A stretch of 64,000 nucleotides of DNA, from positions 5,396,001 through 5,460,000 of the forward strand of contig CM075992.1 in assembly GCA_038087875.1 (NCBI GenBank), written 5' to 3'. Origin of the DNA: Malacoraja senta. Lineage: Eukaryota. Below are positions 26,723 to 41,300 of the stretch, piece after piece. Position 1 is the stretch's first letter. Every line of letters starts with the position of its first letter. The position numbers and the translations under genes were made by a program. The notes under the pieces were generated by a model. That model was given only the letters and a program-made list of their open reading frames with translations. It searched no databases and was not told where the DNA came from.

Positions 26723-29700
26723 TGAGCAAGGAAACTGGAGCACCCAGAGCAAACACACACAGTCACAGGGAGAATGTGCAAACTCCATACAGACAGCAAT
26801 CGAGGGCAGGATTGAATTTGGGTGTCTGCCGCTATGAGGCAGGAGGTCTTCCAGCTGTGCCACTGCAGCAAGTAGATCAACAACACACTCGGTCACAATA
26901 TTTCAAGAGCCACTGTGACCTACCCTGAATAACTGCCTGTAAATTTGCAGCAACACATGTTTTGGGCAATCTCCATATCAGAACATGTTTAGACATGACG
27001 ACTGAGATTAGTGGATAATCATCCACCAGGGACAGGAATAACCAACGATGGAAGACAGTCACGCTATCAATGACCTTCACAGTTACACATAATGACTATT
27101 ACACCTCTGTGAGTCTGAGAGTGTAGAGGTTGAATGTGAGCGTCCATCAGAAGTCATCACACTGGAGCCCATCCACAGTCTTTTTTTGATGGGAAAAAAA
27201 CAGCAAGGAGGGGAAGAGGGTGTCCATCCACCAAGGGGGGAGCAAAGGACTGCGTAAATAAATATTGAGTATATAAAATGATGAGAGCCATAGATAGGGT
27301 GGACAGTCAGAATCTTTTTCCCGGGATTGGAAAAACAAACACTGGAGGGCGTAGCTTTAAGAGGAGAGGGGCAAAGTTTAAAAGAGATGTGCTGTTTTTT
27401 ACACAGAGGGCAGTGAGTTCCTGAAATGTACTACCGAGGGTGGTGGTTGAAGCAAAAATATTAAACCACTAATTAAATATTAGCGGTATTTAAAAAACAT
27501 TTGGACAGGCACGTGGATATGCAGGGAATTAAAGGATATGGGTTATGTGCAGTTAAATAAGTGATGGCCAGCATCAAGTTTGGCACAGACATTGTGGGCA
27601 GGAGGACCTGTTCTATGTTCTACATTCTTTAACTGGGGAGAAACATCACAAAGCCAACATTTATCTCAGAAATACACAGGCTGGGCATCTATATGCAGAC
27701 TGGGTCTATTGCAGAAGTGAATCAGTGAATCAGTTGAGGGAAGTGAGAAATCTGTGGAGGAAATTGAAGGTGATGTTTGGGGTCTGAACCATTCTTTAGG
27801 GTTTGACCAGTCTGACGAAGGATCCTGACCTGAAATCTCATCTGTCCATTCCCTCCACGGACGTTCCCTGACCCGATGATTTCCTCTAAGACTGTGTGTT
27901 TTACTCAAGATTCCCAACATCTGCAGTTCTTTGTATCTCAATCTATTGGCACTTAACTATAACACACTAAATAATAAACTTGAACATTCTGAAGAGGCTC
28001 CGTCAAAATTACTAAATCAAAGGACAGTGATGATTTAATTTCTCCATATAAGAATCCAGCTAGCTAGATATATTTGTTTAAATAGTGTTTTTTCCCCAAA
28101 CAGCGAATAAATGGAACGATATCAAATGGAAGCTTACTTGTGATGGAGCTGTGCATTGTTTCCTGTAAAAAGAAACTACACTTCAAAAGGACTTGAATGG
28201 CCTTGAAGCACTTTGGAACATCTGGACGAACATGAAAGACTTCATATTGACACAAGGCCTTTCTTTATTACAGTAAGACACTTTACAAGCTTAATGTGGC
28301 CAATACTGACCCCCAAAAGGTTGCAAATGTCTGGCTTGCTGCACCTGACCCAAGAACATGTCAACTTGATGCGTGACAAGAGGATAACTAGAACCGCAGG
28401 AGGTGGGGACTGAAGATCTTGGGAACAAAGAAGTTGCCAAAAGCAAATATATAAACAGGCTGAATGAGCAGCCAATTATTAAAATATAATCTGAGCAGTC
28501 TGAAGAACTGTTCCAACCCGAAAAATCATCTATCCATGTTCTCCAGGGTCGCTGCCTGACCCGCAAAGTTACTCCAGAACCGTGTGTGTTTTATAAATTA
28601 AAATATTTGATTAATTCCAGGTGCTTCAAAAGAATTATGTTTAATATTACACATATTTTTAAAATTAACAATCTTATACCAAAGTACATTATTTACATCC
28701 AAAAAAACATTTCTTGAAACTTCATTTTGTTTCTTTACTTTCCTGAAAGCAAATTTATTTTATTTAAGACTCTGAGATTTTTTAGTTTAGTTTAGTTTAG
28801 AGATATAGCATGGAAACAGGTACTTTGGCCCACCGAGTCCATTCACACGAGTTCTATGTTATCCCACTTTCCCAACCATTCCCTACACATTAAGGCCAAT
28901 TTTACATAGGCCAATTAATCTACAATGCACACATCTTTGGGATGTGAGAGGAAACATTAGCATCTGGTGGAAAACCCATGTAGTCACAGGGAGTACGGAC
29001 AAACTCCACACACACAGCCACCGAGGACAGGATCGAACCTGAAAAGCCATGAATCAGAATGCAATTGGTTTGAAAATGCTGGAAAATGGGGTAGGTACCT
29101 GACGGTTCTTGTGCTTTGGACATGGTGGACCAAAGGAACTGCTTGTTTTGCTGCATGACTATACAATCCTACATGCTGGGCAGATCTCTTACCTACAATG
29201 AGATCTTTGTCCTCACTGAGACCTCTGATCTCCAAATACAATCTCACGTGTGCCCTGACAGGTTTGCCAGGATCAGGGTCACAGAGACTTGAGAGCCTCA
29301 GCAACAACCCACCCCCCCCCTCACCCCCTAACCCCCCCCCCCCCAGGTTGCTGGAGCTGATCTCCGACGCATTAGGATGATCACCCTAACTCCACACTCA
29401 AGGAGAGGAGACATAATTTACTTAAACCCATTGGAGCAGGTAGAGCAGGCATGGGTATTGCCCTGCATTGCAAGCATTCAGATACTACACTCATGGTAGT
29501 GTATTGGTGCAGCGGTTAGCATGGATGCATCATGGACTTCAGGGGTTTTGGGTTGGAACTTGACTGTGAGGAGTTTGTCAGATTCCCCATGTGGCTGTGT
29601 GGGGTTTCCCCCTAATGCTCCAGTGAACACCTCCATGTCTCAAAGACCTACATGGCAGGTTAACCAACTACTGCAGGCTAACACCAAAAAGAATCAAAGA

Positions 29701-32700
29701 GAATAAGAGTTGCAGGTGTACAGAAATGGAAGAGAGAATGGGACTAGTGTGATTGCTTCCCTGGAGGTCAGAATAGACCTGATGGGCCAATGACGTCAAA
29801 TAAGATGTTCTTGCAAAGCGATGTTTAATGCTGGCACAAGATGAATTGTTACTAGGTGACACAGCCAGGAGCCATCTTTCTGGCCAGACCACTAAAATGG
29901 CTGCATTGTTCAACCAACAGGGAGTGCAGCCAATGAATGGAATAGATGTTGCATCAAGGTTTCAAGGTCAATTTATTGTCACATGTATCACTTAAGGGAC
30001 AGTGAAATTAGAGTTATGAAATGGGAGAGCATCAGAGCACAAACCAGCTGTAGCCATAAAAGATCTCCATGGATCCCATGCACAAAGAACACATGTCGTG
30101 TGGGTGGTGTGCTACACCGGCCCCTCCAGCTTTCTGTGGCCATTGGGGCCACTCTCCCATCATTGCAATAACCACTCCATTCATTAGCTGCACTCCCTGT
30201 GGACAGAATAATGTTGCCTTTCTCGTGGTTTGCCCGGAAGGTTCACACCTGCTGTGTCACTTTATAACAATTGGGCAGCACAGTGGTAAAGCTGTTGCCT
30301 CGCATCGCTAGAGACCCGGGTTCGATTCTGACCTCAGCTGCTGTCTGTGTGGAGTTTGCATGGGTTTCTGGTTGCACTGGTTTCCACCCACATCCCACAG
30401 AAGTGTGTGTTTGTAGGTTAATTGGCCTCTGTTAAATTGTCTGAAATGTGTTGGGAGTGGAAGAGAAAGCAGGATAACATAAAACGAGTGTGAATGGGTA
30501 ATCTATGGTCAGCTTGGAATTGGTGGGCCAAAGGGCCTGCTTCCATGCTGTCCTCTAAACTAAAAACGTAACCAATTCATCTTGCATCACCAGCAAACAC
30601 TGTTGAAACCAATAATGTGAGTTTCTGCCCATCATTACATGGGGGATTGTAACCCAATGATGTTCTGGGAACTTCACATTTGAAATTCTCTCTCTCTCTC
30701 TGGTCTACAATGTTGCTTTAACACTCAATAAACAAGCATGGATCAATTACAGTGTCTACATGTCCCCAGCGACAGATACAGTTTAATGTCTTTTCCTAAT
30801 GAAGGTACTCTGACAACACATCATTCCCTCAGTGTTGTACTGATGGGCCCACTTAACATTTGGGTTCAAGGTCTGAAGAATGGCTTAAATTCACAACCTT
30901 CTGACTGAAAGGCAGGAAACACTTATCTATTTTGAGTTCTATAAGCATTGACAATCATCTGGTAAATTCTGTAAGCAGGCATTTGAAATAGTTGCCATGT
31001 TGTAAAAAACGTACCCTTTTTCAAATTACTAAAACCTATGATTGATAGAAACATCCAGGGCTATGGGACCGAGAGCGAACAACTTACTAAAAGATTCCTC
31101 CTCAAGCCAAGTTTGAATTTTACATGGCATTTCCTATCCTTCAGGCGTTTTCATGAAGGTTTTATAGACCATCTGTGCTTAAACTTTAAGCCAAACTCCC
31201 ATGAATTGATATTATCTGTAAAAATGCTAAATCTGTCTATAATCTGCAATGCAAGTAATACAGAAAATTATTTGATAAAAACAGGGTAAATTTCAGTGTA
31301 AAATGTACTTAGAATCAAAATTCACATGGAAGCTCAGGAAACAAGTTAATACTCAGAACAGACCAAGGTGCGAAGTCAGCCAAGTCTGGAGAACTCTAGG
31401 GTATTGTTGATAATGAACAAGTCTGGCTCACTCATCATGTCCATCATGGTGGGCTGAGATTTTCCCCTCACTCAGCTACTCATATTCCCTGGCCAAGCTC
31501 CCACAGGTAGGGTGGTCCTGGCAGAGATTTTCCATTGCTTCCTGGTAAGGAAACTGTATGGATTGCTTGGCTGAACTCGTGCAAAAAAACCCATTTTCTT
31601 TTAGATTTTTTCTCTTTGCTTACACAGAATGGAAACAAGCCCTTCAGCACACCAAGTCATCTGGCCATTCCCCTCACAGATGCTGCATGACCCTCCAGCC
31701 ATTTGTCTGAAGTCTGAAGAAGAGTCTTGCCCTAAAACATCACCCGTTCCTTCTATCCATAGATGTTGCCTGTCCCGCTGAGTTACTCCAGCATTTTGTG
31801 TCTATCTTCGGTGTAAACCAACATCTGCAGTTCCTTCCTAACCATGACCCGCCAGCAGGTTAATTTAAGTCACCTGTCCATTCCCTCCAAAGATGCTGCC
31901 TTAAGGGCTGAGTTCCTCCAGCACGTTGTGCTTTGCACTAGAATTACAAAGTTGTCTTTGTCCTGATTAGTTCTTTTTGACACTGATTACACTGGAAGGT
32001 GCAAAGAAATTGGAGGATATGCAGCTCAGGAGTTTGGAATAGAGGAGGCAGCTGGTCACCTCACCGAGTGCACTCCATCATTCAGCGTCTCTTGAAGCTC
32101 TCACCTACAAATATTAATTTATTTTCATTGTTTAGTTCAGAAATCAGAATGGAATATTTCTGTGTTCTGCCGAAGCCCATTCCCTCAGTCTTTATTTGCT
32201 GATAGTAATATATACATAAATTCATACATGCAGATAAATTACATAGAATCTTAGAATTATGCAACACAGAAACAGGTCCTTCGGCCAAACTCGTCCATGT
32301 TGACCAAGGTATCTATCTAAGCAAGACCCATTTGCTGCACTTGGCCCATATCCCCGTAAACCTTTCCTATCCACGAACCTGTCCAAATGTCTGCTAAAAG
32401 TAGTAAATATATCTGTCTCCGCAACTTTCTCTGGCAGCTTGTTGCTTATACCTACGTGGTGAAAATCTTCCCTCTCAGGTCCCTTTTAAAATTTCCCCTC
32501 TCAGTTTAAATCTACCATTGGCAATGACGGAGCTGAAAGTGTATTCAATTGTACTTTATGCAAGAAAAGATGCTCGGTTTAAAGGACAAAATCTGTCACA
32601 CTTTTGCTTTGTGTTTTTGTTGCGAATAGACAATTTAAAATGTCAAAATATACTTTATTCGAGAAATAAATATATCCAATACATGATCCTTACATGACTC

Positions 32701-35153
32701 CATCCGACATTCTCGAAGGCTATACATACATTGAATACCGTTTACACATATTACACAAATATACAAATGTAACATATTTACTTTTCAACCATTTTCACTA
32801 AATGTTGCTTGCTTGCAGGCCTCACTTTTGTTCTGTGCCACTGCCCCACCTAGAGGGTGGCTCAAGTCTCCTTTGTTAACAGGCAGCTGGCCGTGGGCTA
32901 ATGAAGTTGTTTGTGCTTCAACCTTCATCGCTCTTTTGTTAAGAGTCTGCTTAAGATCAGGGGATTTCATAAGCAGGAAGGCGCAGCGCGATTTAGAGAA
33001 AGGAAACAATGTGCACTAACCTACATCCTACCTGGTGTACCCTCCCCCTCCTGCTTAAGTTGCTGATAGTATTGCCTGTTACTCTGATGTTGATAACAAT
33101 GAAACCACTGGTGCCTGGGCAAGGGTCACAGCGATCGCATAGTATAGGGTTTGTGCTCCCTGGTGCATGCCTGTATTGTTGTGGAGAGCAGGGAGTGTCA
33201 AGCAAGGGTGTGCCAGTCCAACGTACCTGGAGTACTGCAGTCATGTTAAAGTAGATTAGAGATTGATAAAGACCTACTAGTGGACTCTACTTTGTATTTG
33301 CCGCATTGTTGTCAACTTAATGAGAATGGTAAAGCAATCCCTGTCTCAGCTCATACCAGTAACAGGGCACACACACAGATGGGAGAAAGTATACAACTCC
33401 ACCAACAGAGTGCTTTATTTTCACCAGGAAAATGGGAGGAACAGATATCATGACTTCACGTGAAAGATTCAAGAAATTTGTCCTTTCTAAGATTCATTGG
33501 TTGGATCATGGCAGGAGGGATTGTCTTTGATCCATTGATTGAAAGATGCAGATTGAAAATGGCCCTTTGGCCCATTGAAACATAAAAACATAGAAAATAG
33601 GTGCAGGAGGAGGCCATTCGGCCCTTCGAGCCAGCACCACCATTCATTGTGATCATGGCAGATCGTCCCCTATCAATAACCCGTGCCTGCCTTCTCCACA
33701 TATCCCTTGATTCCACTAGCCCCTAGAGCTCTATCTAACTCTCTCTTAAATCCATCCAGTGACTTGGCCTCCACTTCCCTCTGTGGCCACATTGAGTCCA
33801 CATTGATCACCCACTTTCTCATCCACTCCTGACATGAGGGTAATCTATGGAGGCCAATTAACCTCCAAACCCACATGACTGGAATGTGGGAGTTAAACCG
33901 GATCACCTGGAGGAAACCCAAGCAGTCACAGGGAGAACGTACAAATTCCACACAGACAGTGCCTGAGGTCAGGATTGAACCCAGGTCTCTGGCGCTGTGA
34001 GGCAGCAACTCTACCAGCTGTGCCAGCAGGAGTGATGAGCAAGATAGGCCACCTCGCTCTGATGTATAGAAGAAGGAAAGGCAATTTCAAGAAAGTTAAG
34101 ATTTGGAGATCAACTGAGAGGGGAGATGCCAAGGTTCTTCACTGGGCTGGAACATCAGAGCAATGGTGCATAGCGTTAGGAGAATAGTAGACAGTTTGAG
34201 TATGTATTTTTTAACCCAGGATTAAAAATCTCGAACAATTCTCCAACAAAGTGGGATAACATAGAACCAATGCGATTGGCGGTTGGCGTGGACTCGGTGG
34301 GCCGAAGAAACAGCTTCCATGTGGTATCTCTCAACTAAACTAAAACTAAATTCTGAGGAATGCCTGCCTTGCCCCAGGAATCTCCAGTCCGCCAACTGTA
34401 AACTAGACCTGGTGTACTGCCTGTAAATACTTATTCCCTTTCTGCCTTGTTGAACGTGTATTGCCTGAAGTGGTTGACCCCTTTTAACCAGTCTCAAGTT
34501 AGTCACAAACACAAAGGCAAAGCCAAGTTGTAGGCAGTGCTGGGAAACAGACTGAAGAATGTTAGCCTTTTGCCCCTCAGCCTGAGACAGGACGTTCTTC
34601 TGCTTTGAGTGACTACTTCCATATTTCCCACCAGACAGAATGTTTACTGAAAACAGTATCTTTTTTGTTGCTTCATAAGGGCCACATTCAGGATCCATAC
34701 TCGGGCGAGACGACTGAATTGCACCTCCTTTTCCCTTCCCTCAATTGTCTGGGCTCTGTGCCTTCCCTGGAGCTGAGCAGCACTTGCGTTTCCTCACCCA
34801 CTGCATCGAGAACAAATGGAAATATAAGTAAGGCATGAACTAACTGAAAGGCAAGGGTTAGTGTCAAGTGTGTGTGTGTGCTTATGCATGTAAATGTACA
34901 GTAACTTCATTGATGCCCTATGGTGATACATATTTTATCCTCCAGCACAGGGAAGTGGTGAAAAGGATTGAAGATTAAACATGAGTTAATCTGCTGACAA
35001 ACTGCCCGCATCTGGTTTTAAGGGCGGGTAATCAGTATCATGAATCAATCGTCACCCTGACGATAAGGGCAGGAAGGCACCTCTACTGGAGCTAAGAGGG
35101 CCAAGGAAACAGGTCCAACTATGGTCGCCTAACAAAGCCAAAACTAAACAGTT

Positions 35154-35452
35154 GGGGCGGCATGGTGGCACAGCGGTAGAGTTGCTGCCTTACAGCCCAC
35201 AGACCCAGGTTCGATCCTGACTACGGGTTTGTCAGTACGGAGTTTGTACGTTCTCCCCGTGACCGTGTGGGTTATTCCCGGGTGCTCCGGTTTCCTCCCA
35301 AATTCCAAAGAAGTACAGGTTTGTAAGTTAACTACCTTTGGTAAAAATTATAAATTGTCCCTAGTGTGTAGGATAGTGCTAATGGGGATCGCTGGTCGGC
35401 GCGGACTTGGTGGGTGGAAGGGCCTGTTTTCGCAATGTATCTCTGAACTAAA
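35154..35452 (+). mobile_element. HE1/V-SINE, full length
   Basis: tRNA-like head (TGGCACAGCGG, GGTTCGATCC), V-domain tccggtttcctccca, and CR1-like tail gggcctgtttt...ctaaa. Confidence 0.85.
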
Positions 35453-36589
35453 CCAGCGGGCCAGGCAGCATCTATGGCCTAAATGGACAGGGCACGTTTG
35501 GGTTGGGCCCTGTCCAGTTTGGCCAAAGCAGAGTTTACCTTCAGCAGTCCAACACATTAGTGCACAGTGACATTAAAACTAATAAGAACTGTGGCTGGAA
35601 AATACAGATAACAAAATTAATATTTATCAAAGCTAGTCAGAATTAGTCATTGCTAATCCCTCAAGGCTTTTAAGTATTTAATGAAACAAATATTACTTTC
35701 TGTTATAATAACAAAGCACTCCCTCAGATAATTAATGATACCTCTCAGAAAACGACACATTTTTCAAGTCTCTTTCAGAATCAAATGCCTGAGGTCAGTT
35801 GTTAAGAACATTTTGGGTATGGCTTTTCACTCAGGATGGATTCTTGCTTGCACTCAGCTATGACTAAATGAGTACACAACAGAGCCTGAAAGGTCTACTG
35901 ACCAAGCTGTGGTGTGGAACTGCATTCCAATGACAGGCCCCTGGCATTTCGAACTTGAGATTCAAGTTATGCAGGAAAATGATCTAAGACCGACGGGCAA
36001 TTACAGCGAAGGTCATAGCTCTGGGAGACCCGTTTGCTTAAAAAATATTATATCAATTGATGGCGTTCAAAATGGAAGCAAGCGGAAATTGTACTGTGGC
36101 ACATAGAACATTTCAGCAAGATGCAGGAATAACCAATTTATTGGACCAACATCAACCGCAATGTGTTTTCATACATGAATGGCCACTAGGCATGCCGTTT
36201 CCTACATTTGTCTTATTTGTTTGGTTATTTAAATGTTTCCCAGTCTATTTCTCAGTGATTAAACTCATGACCTTAACTAAAGAATGTTCCAATTCCGACC
36301 TGAAGTGTTCCCAGTAGATGATGTTTTAAAATCACGATCAGGTGAAGTCACGTTTTGCAATGAAATTCCTTCCCGATGTTGGTGAATCAGCCTCATAGTG
36401 GGAAGCCTGAGCTAGATTTATTTTCCAAATGTTGTCTTATAATTCACTGCTGATCAACAAGACAAAGGGACTGTGATATCATGAAGGAGATGTCTACCAG
36501 CTGACTCAATTCTGGCACACCAGCAAGAGATGGGACTCGAGAATGGGACTCAGGTGGCACGGTGGCACAGCAGTAGAGTTGCTGCCTTA

Positions 36590-36912
36590 AGGGCCTGTCC
36601 CACTGTACGAGGTCATTCAAGAGTTCTCCCAAGTTCTCCCCTGATTCGAGCTCGTGTAATGTACGAAGCGGGTATGTAGGAGCTCGTGGATGTCACGTAG
36701 CGACGCGTACGAGTAATGGTAGGTACTCGGGAAATCCGGTAAATTCATGACGCTTTTTCAAAACTGTGAAAAATGTCCACGAGTAAAAAAAAACTTGTGA
36801 TGAAAAAAATGGTTACTTTTTACTCATACGAGCCCAAACGTACATTACACAAGCTCGAATCAGGGGAGCTCGGGAGAACTCTTGAATTACCTCATACAGT
36901 GGAACAGGCCCT
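36590..36912. mobile_element. Second copy of the Harbinger MITE, inverted, inserted in a SINE
   Basis: agggcctgtcccac...gtggaacaggccct with TTA/TTA TSD. It splits the tRNA-like head of a SINE at 36552-37130. Confidence 0.88.
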
Positions 36913-37589
36913 TTACAGGTCCTTTACAGATTACGACGGGTGCAGTCTGCACAGAGTTTGTACGTTCTCCCCATGACTGCATGGGTTTCCTCCCACACTC
37001 CAAAGACATGTAGATTGATTGGTTAATTGCCTGTAATAATTTGTAAAATTGTCCCGAGTGTGTAGGATTATATTAGTGTACGGAGTCGATGGGCCGAAGG
37101 GCCTGTTTCTCTAAAGTAAAGTCTAAAGTCAAATGAATTCTTACACCTGATAATGATCTAGTATCCTAGCTAGAAGGTCTTCAGATATGCACATCGGGGT
37201 AAAAATCCAATCTTGGTTGTATGTGCCCGAATAGACTTCCATGTGGAACTATTTTTCTAAAACTCACTTCTGTTGCTGCCGTAGAATTTCAGCAGTGGAA
37301 TACAAAGCACACACATCAGCATATTTCTTGCATAAGTGTTCATCTGTAATGTTCTTGACTTTGGAATGTCCCACCGAAACTCTAATGACATTAATAACTA
37401 ATAGTTGGATAATCTACCCTGACTATTGCAATAAGGAGGCATTGTTTTAGGATGTCATTGGGAAAAAGAGGAATATGTAAATGATAACGTTTTCAGTTGA
37501 TGGTGCAAAAATAGATCCCTGTTCTGGGAAACTATGAAAGGCTAAAATTTTAACTGTATCATCTAGTTAGAATTAGATCTACAACTGAC

Positions 37590-37927
37590 TTAGGACCCAC
37601 ACCATCCTGGCCACACACTCATCTCTCAGCTGCCATCAGGTAGAAGGTACAGGAACCTGAAATCTGGTACATCCAGGTTCAGGAACAGCTACTTCCCCAC
37701 AGCCATCAGGCTATTAAACTCGCCATCAAACAAACTCTGAACTATAACAGCCTATTGCACTTTATCTGTTTATTTATGTGTATATATATGGTCTATGCTA
37801 TATAGACACACTGAACTTTTCTGTATTTATGCTAACTATATTCTGTTGTGCTGCAGCAAGCAAGAATTTCATTGTCCTATCTGGGACACATGACAATAAA
37901 CTCTCTTGACTTGACTTGACTTGACTT
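37590..37927 (+). mobile_element. Rex1/Babar-like 3' end
   Basis: DPHHPGH...LPSGRRYR...FRNSYFPTAIRLLN, then aataaa and (cttga)n. Confidence 0.75.
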
Positions 37928-38072
37928 AAGTGAAGTAATATCACTGGGAGCAGAATTTTGAAGAACTTTCCTATGTCCATCAATGCTACCCAACCGTACA
38001 AATATTTTATGTCATTCCTTGGCCAGAAATGAAGCCATTTCCCACTAACATGTAAAACAATCTTTGATATGT

Positions 38073-38370
38073 GGCAGCACAGTGGCACAACTGGTAGAGC
38101 TGCTGCCTCACAGCGCCAGAGACCCAGGTTCAATCCTGACCTCAGGTGCTGTCTGTGTGGAGTTTGGGCATTCTCCCTGTGATTGCGTGGGAGGAAACCC
38201 ACACCCCAAAGACTTGTGAGTTTGTAGATTAATTGGCCTCTGTAAATTGCCCCCAAGTGTGTAGAGAGTGGATGAAAAAAATGAGATAACATAGAACTAG
38301 TGTGAATGGATGATTCATAGTCAGCATGAACATGGTGGGCCAAAGTACCTGTTTCCATGCTATATCTTTC
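38073..38370 (+). mobile_element. HE1/V-SINE
   Basis: Same family. Other copies lie at ~20773-21000, 28785-29040, 30275-30565, 33790-34025, 44136-44426, 44650-44965, 47270-47575, 49320-49605 and 49963-50130. Confidence 0.8.
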
Positions 38371-41300
38371 AGTGATTCAATGGGTATGGAGTCTTGTGGA
38401 AATATAGTGGGTGAGGGTGTTGACATTTGGAGTACATTAGGAGGTTCATGAGCCAGCTCGCAGGCAATGCGATTAGAATTTCATTGTCCTGTCAGTTTGC
38501 GCAGGTGCTCGCTATGGGAAGAAAAAGTTAATTCCTGAAACTCTCAGTAAAGATAAAAAGAATAATCGCTGAATCTGAAAGATTGAGATTAAAAAAGCAG
38601 AGCACCATGGAAATACACTGCAGGTCAGTCGGTGTCTTAAACATTTTTCTTTTAAGTGCTGAGCCATCTATTCTATTTTAAATGCTCGTGGTCTTACCAT
38701 ATATTTGCAATAAATTCTGTTTCTGTTCAAAAAGAACAGGAGAAGGGGAAAAATAAACCTATGCCATTCCTGTAAATATTGTTAATGTCTTAGCCACTGT
38801 TTTTGTTGTACTTTGGATGCTAATTCTTCTGCAAAGCAGCCCCAGGCAGATACAATGTGTAATACTTACGAGCTGTTCTCATTACAATTGTTCCCATTAC
38901 ACATTGCACATAGGAATGACCAACATCCTTGTCCATTACGCTTCAGATCATTATTTATGTACATATTAGTCTCAATGCCAGAAATAACAACGGTCATATC
39001 AGACTTAAATTTTCCAATCCTTATTTGGGAATATCAAGTGAAAGAATCTTTCCTTCCTGACCCTAAAAAAGTTTCCCGTGACATCATTAGCTCCAGTACA
39101 CAAGTAACTGTGTGTCTGAGTTGACAGTGATGCAAACCGGTTTGATAGTGTGGTTGTTTACGGACTTTCATTGAGAGACTCATACGTTCAGAGATATTGG
39201 TCACTCTTCCATATCAAGCACCTACAAAGACTGACAGGACAAACAGATTCCAACCACTTGCGGACATTTTCGGTGGGCTGGCTATAAAATGGCACAAGAA
39301 CCTCTTAATGGAGGCAGAGATAGATAGATTCTCGATTAGTACGGGTGTCAGGGGTTGTGGGGAGAAGGCAGGAGAATGGGGTTAGGGGGAGAGATAGATA
39401 AGCCATGAGTGTATGGTGGAGTAGACTTGATGGGCCGAATGGTCTAATTCTGCTCCTGTCACTTATGACCTTATGTACTCCTTAAACATTCGACAATCAA
39501 ACATGGGTACTGTCCAAATCAGACCCAAACTCTACAGTAACTAATGAAAATGACAGTGGATGAAATTACTCCAGATTATTGAAGGCAGCAAAGCTTGCCT
39601 CAAGGAGAACATTAGAAACATCTCGATGTACAACTGATAGAGCTGCTGCCTCAGAGGGCCAGAGATCCAGGTCACTTGCTCTCCACCTCCTCTCCCGGAT
39701 AAATATAAATGAATGGTTTAACTGAATAAGATGCTCATCAACACGCAGGGGTGTTGTGAAAGAAAAACTGACAGGTAGTGACTGGAAATTAGATTAGAGA
39801 GAAAATGGTAATCAGATCTATAAAGGCTCCAGTGTACTAGATTCTCTGTTTTGCAATGCTGGTGGAACATTTGAATCATCATAATAGGATAACACAAAAC
39901 TTGTTCTTCCTGAAGGAGAACTTTGATATATTAAAACAAACTACATGAGGCCTTGGGAACAAGTTTAAACTCTCTGTGATTGGCCCATATTTGATTTACA
40001 ACAATATTAATAAATAGAGTGTGAAAAGAGTTTGTCACATCTATTTGAGAAGTTTATTATTTGTTTTTAATTGCTATATTGAGCACTTTTTTTGTCCCGC
40101 TGTTAATCCCCTGCAGGTTAACTTGATGGTGCACTCTGTGCATTTACTGAACAGACTGAACAATGGCTTGTTCTGAGATTTCTCCCAATGCTGCTATGTG
40201 AGATCTATTGGTAAGGCTGTAAAACTAATAAGCCCTGCGATTTAATTCCAGAGGAACTGCATTGTAAAATGGGGAGGTCATGCTAAAACAAAATTGAACC
40301 TTGATTAGACTAGACCTAGAACACAGATTTGAGTTGGAGTCATCCAGCACAGACACAGGCCCTTTAGCACACATTGTCCAAGCTGTCCTACATGCACCCA
40401 TCTCAACAGGTAGCAAGGATAAAGCCCAGGATGACAAAAATGCTGGAGAAACTCAGCAGGTGAGGCAGCATCTATGGAGCGAAGGAAATAGGCAACGTTT
40501 CAGGTCGAGACCCTTCTTCAGACCCTTCTTTTTCCAGCATCTGCAGTTCCTTCTTAAACCTAAAGCCCAGGATAGTGGGTCTCTAACTCATTTGTAACCA
40601 AGTACTATGGTGATTTACATAAAACAGAACAGGATCAGGCCCTTCGGCCCACAATACCTGCACTGAAAATGATACTAAGATAACCTAAAATGTTCCAGTA
40701 GAAACAAGGAACAGCAGATGCTGGTTTATAGAAAAAGACACACAGTGCTGAAGTAATTCGGCAGATTCAGGTAGCATCTCTGGAGAACATGGTTAGGTGA
40801 TGATTTGGGCCAGAACCCTTCTTTAGCACAAAAAAAGGACACAAAGTATTGGAGCATCTCTGGAGACAAAAAAAGACACAGTGTCTTTGAAGAAAGGTCC
40901 CAACCCAAAACATCACCTATCTATGTTCTCCAGAGATGCTGCCTGATCCTCTGAGTTACTCCAGCACTTTATGTCTAAAATGCTCCACAACATCTGTAGA
41001 GATATAATTGGAGTTCGAATCATGACAGCAGATGGACATTGGTTGGATGCCTGGTTGACTGTGATTCTCCATGTTGCCACCTTGTGATACAAAGAGTGGA
41101 ACAAGAATTCTGTTGCCACAAAATCTCTGGAGACATCATAAGTAAACCTACTTCTGAACAGATATTAACTTCTGTCATTAAAAAAACATTATGTAGCATT
41201 TATAAAACTGGATAAAAAAAAACCTCTGGGCAATTCATTTCACATGTCATGTTTTGTTTTGATGTGCTGCGGAAACAATTTCTCATCAATGGATCCACCT

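Noticed and set aside
34222..34698. 158-aa minus-strand ORF
   Set aside because: Ends in a SINE tail, has no recognisable domain, and has composition typical of non-coding DNA.
35154..35225. tRNA-like sequence with A/B boxes
   Set aside because: It is the SINE head, continuing into the V-domain and tail, and has no proper cloverleaf.
37798..38358. 186-aa minus-strand ORF
   Set aside because: Chance read-through of antisense SINE and LINE tail.
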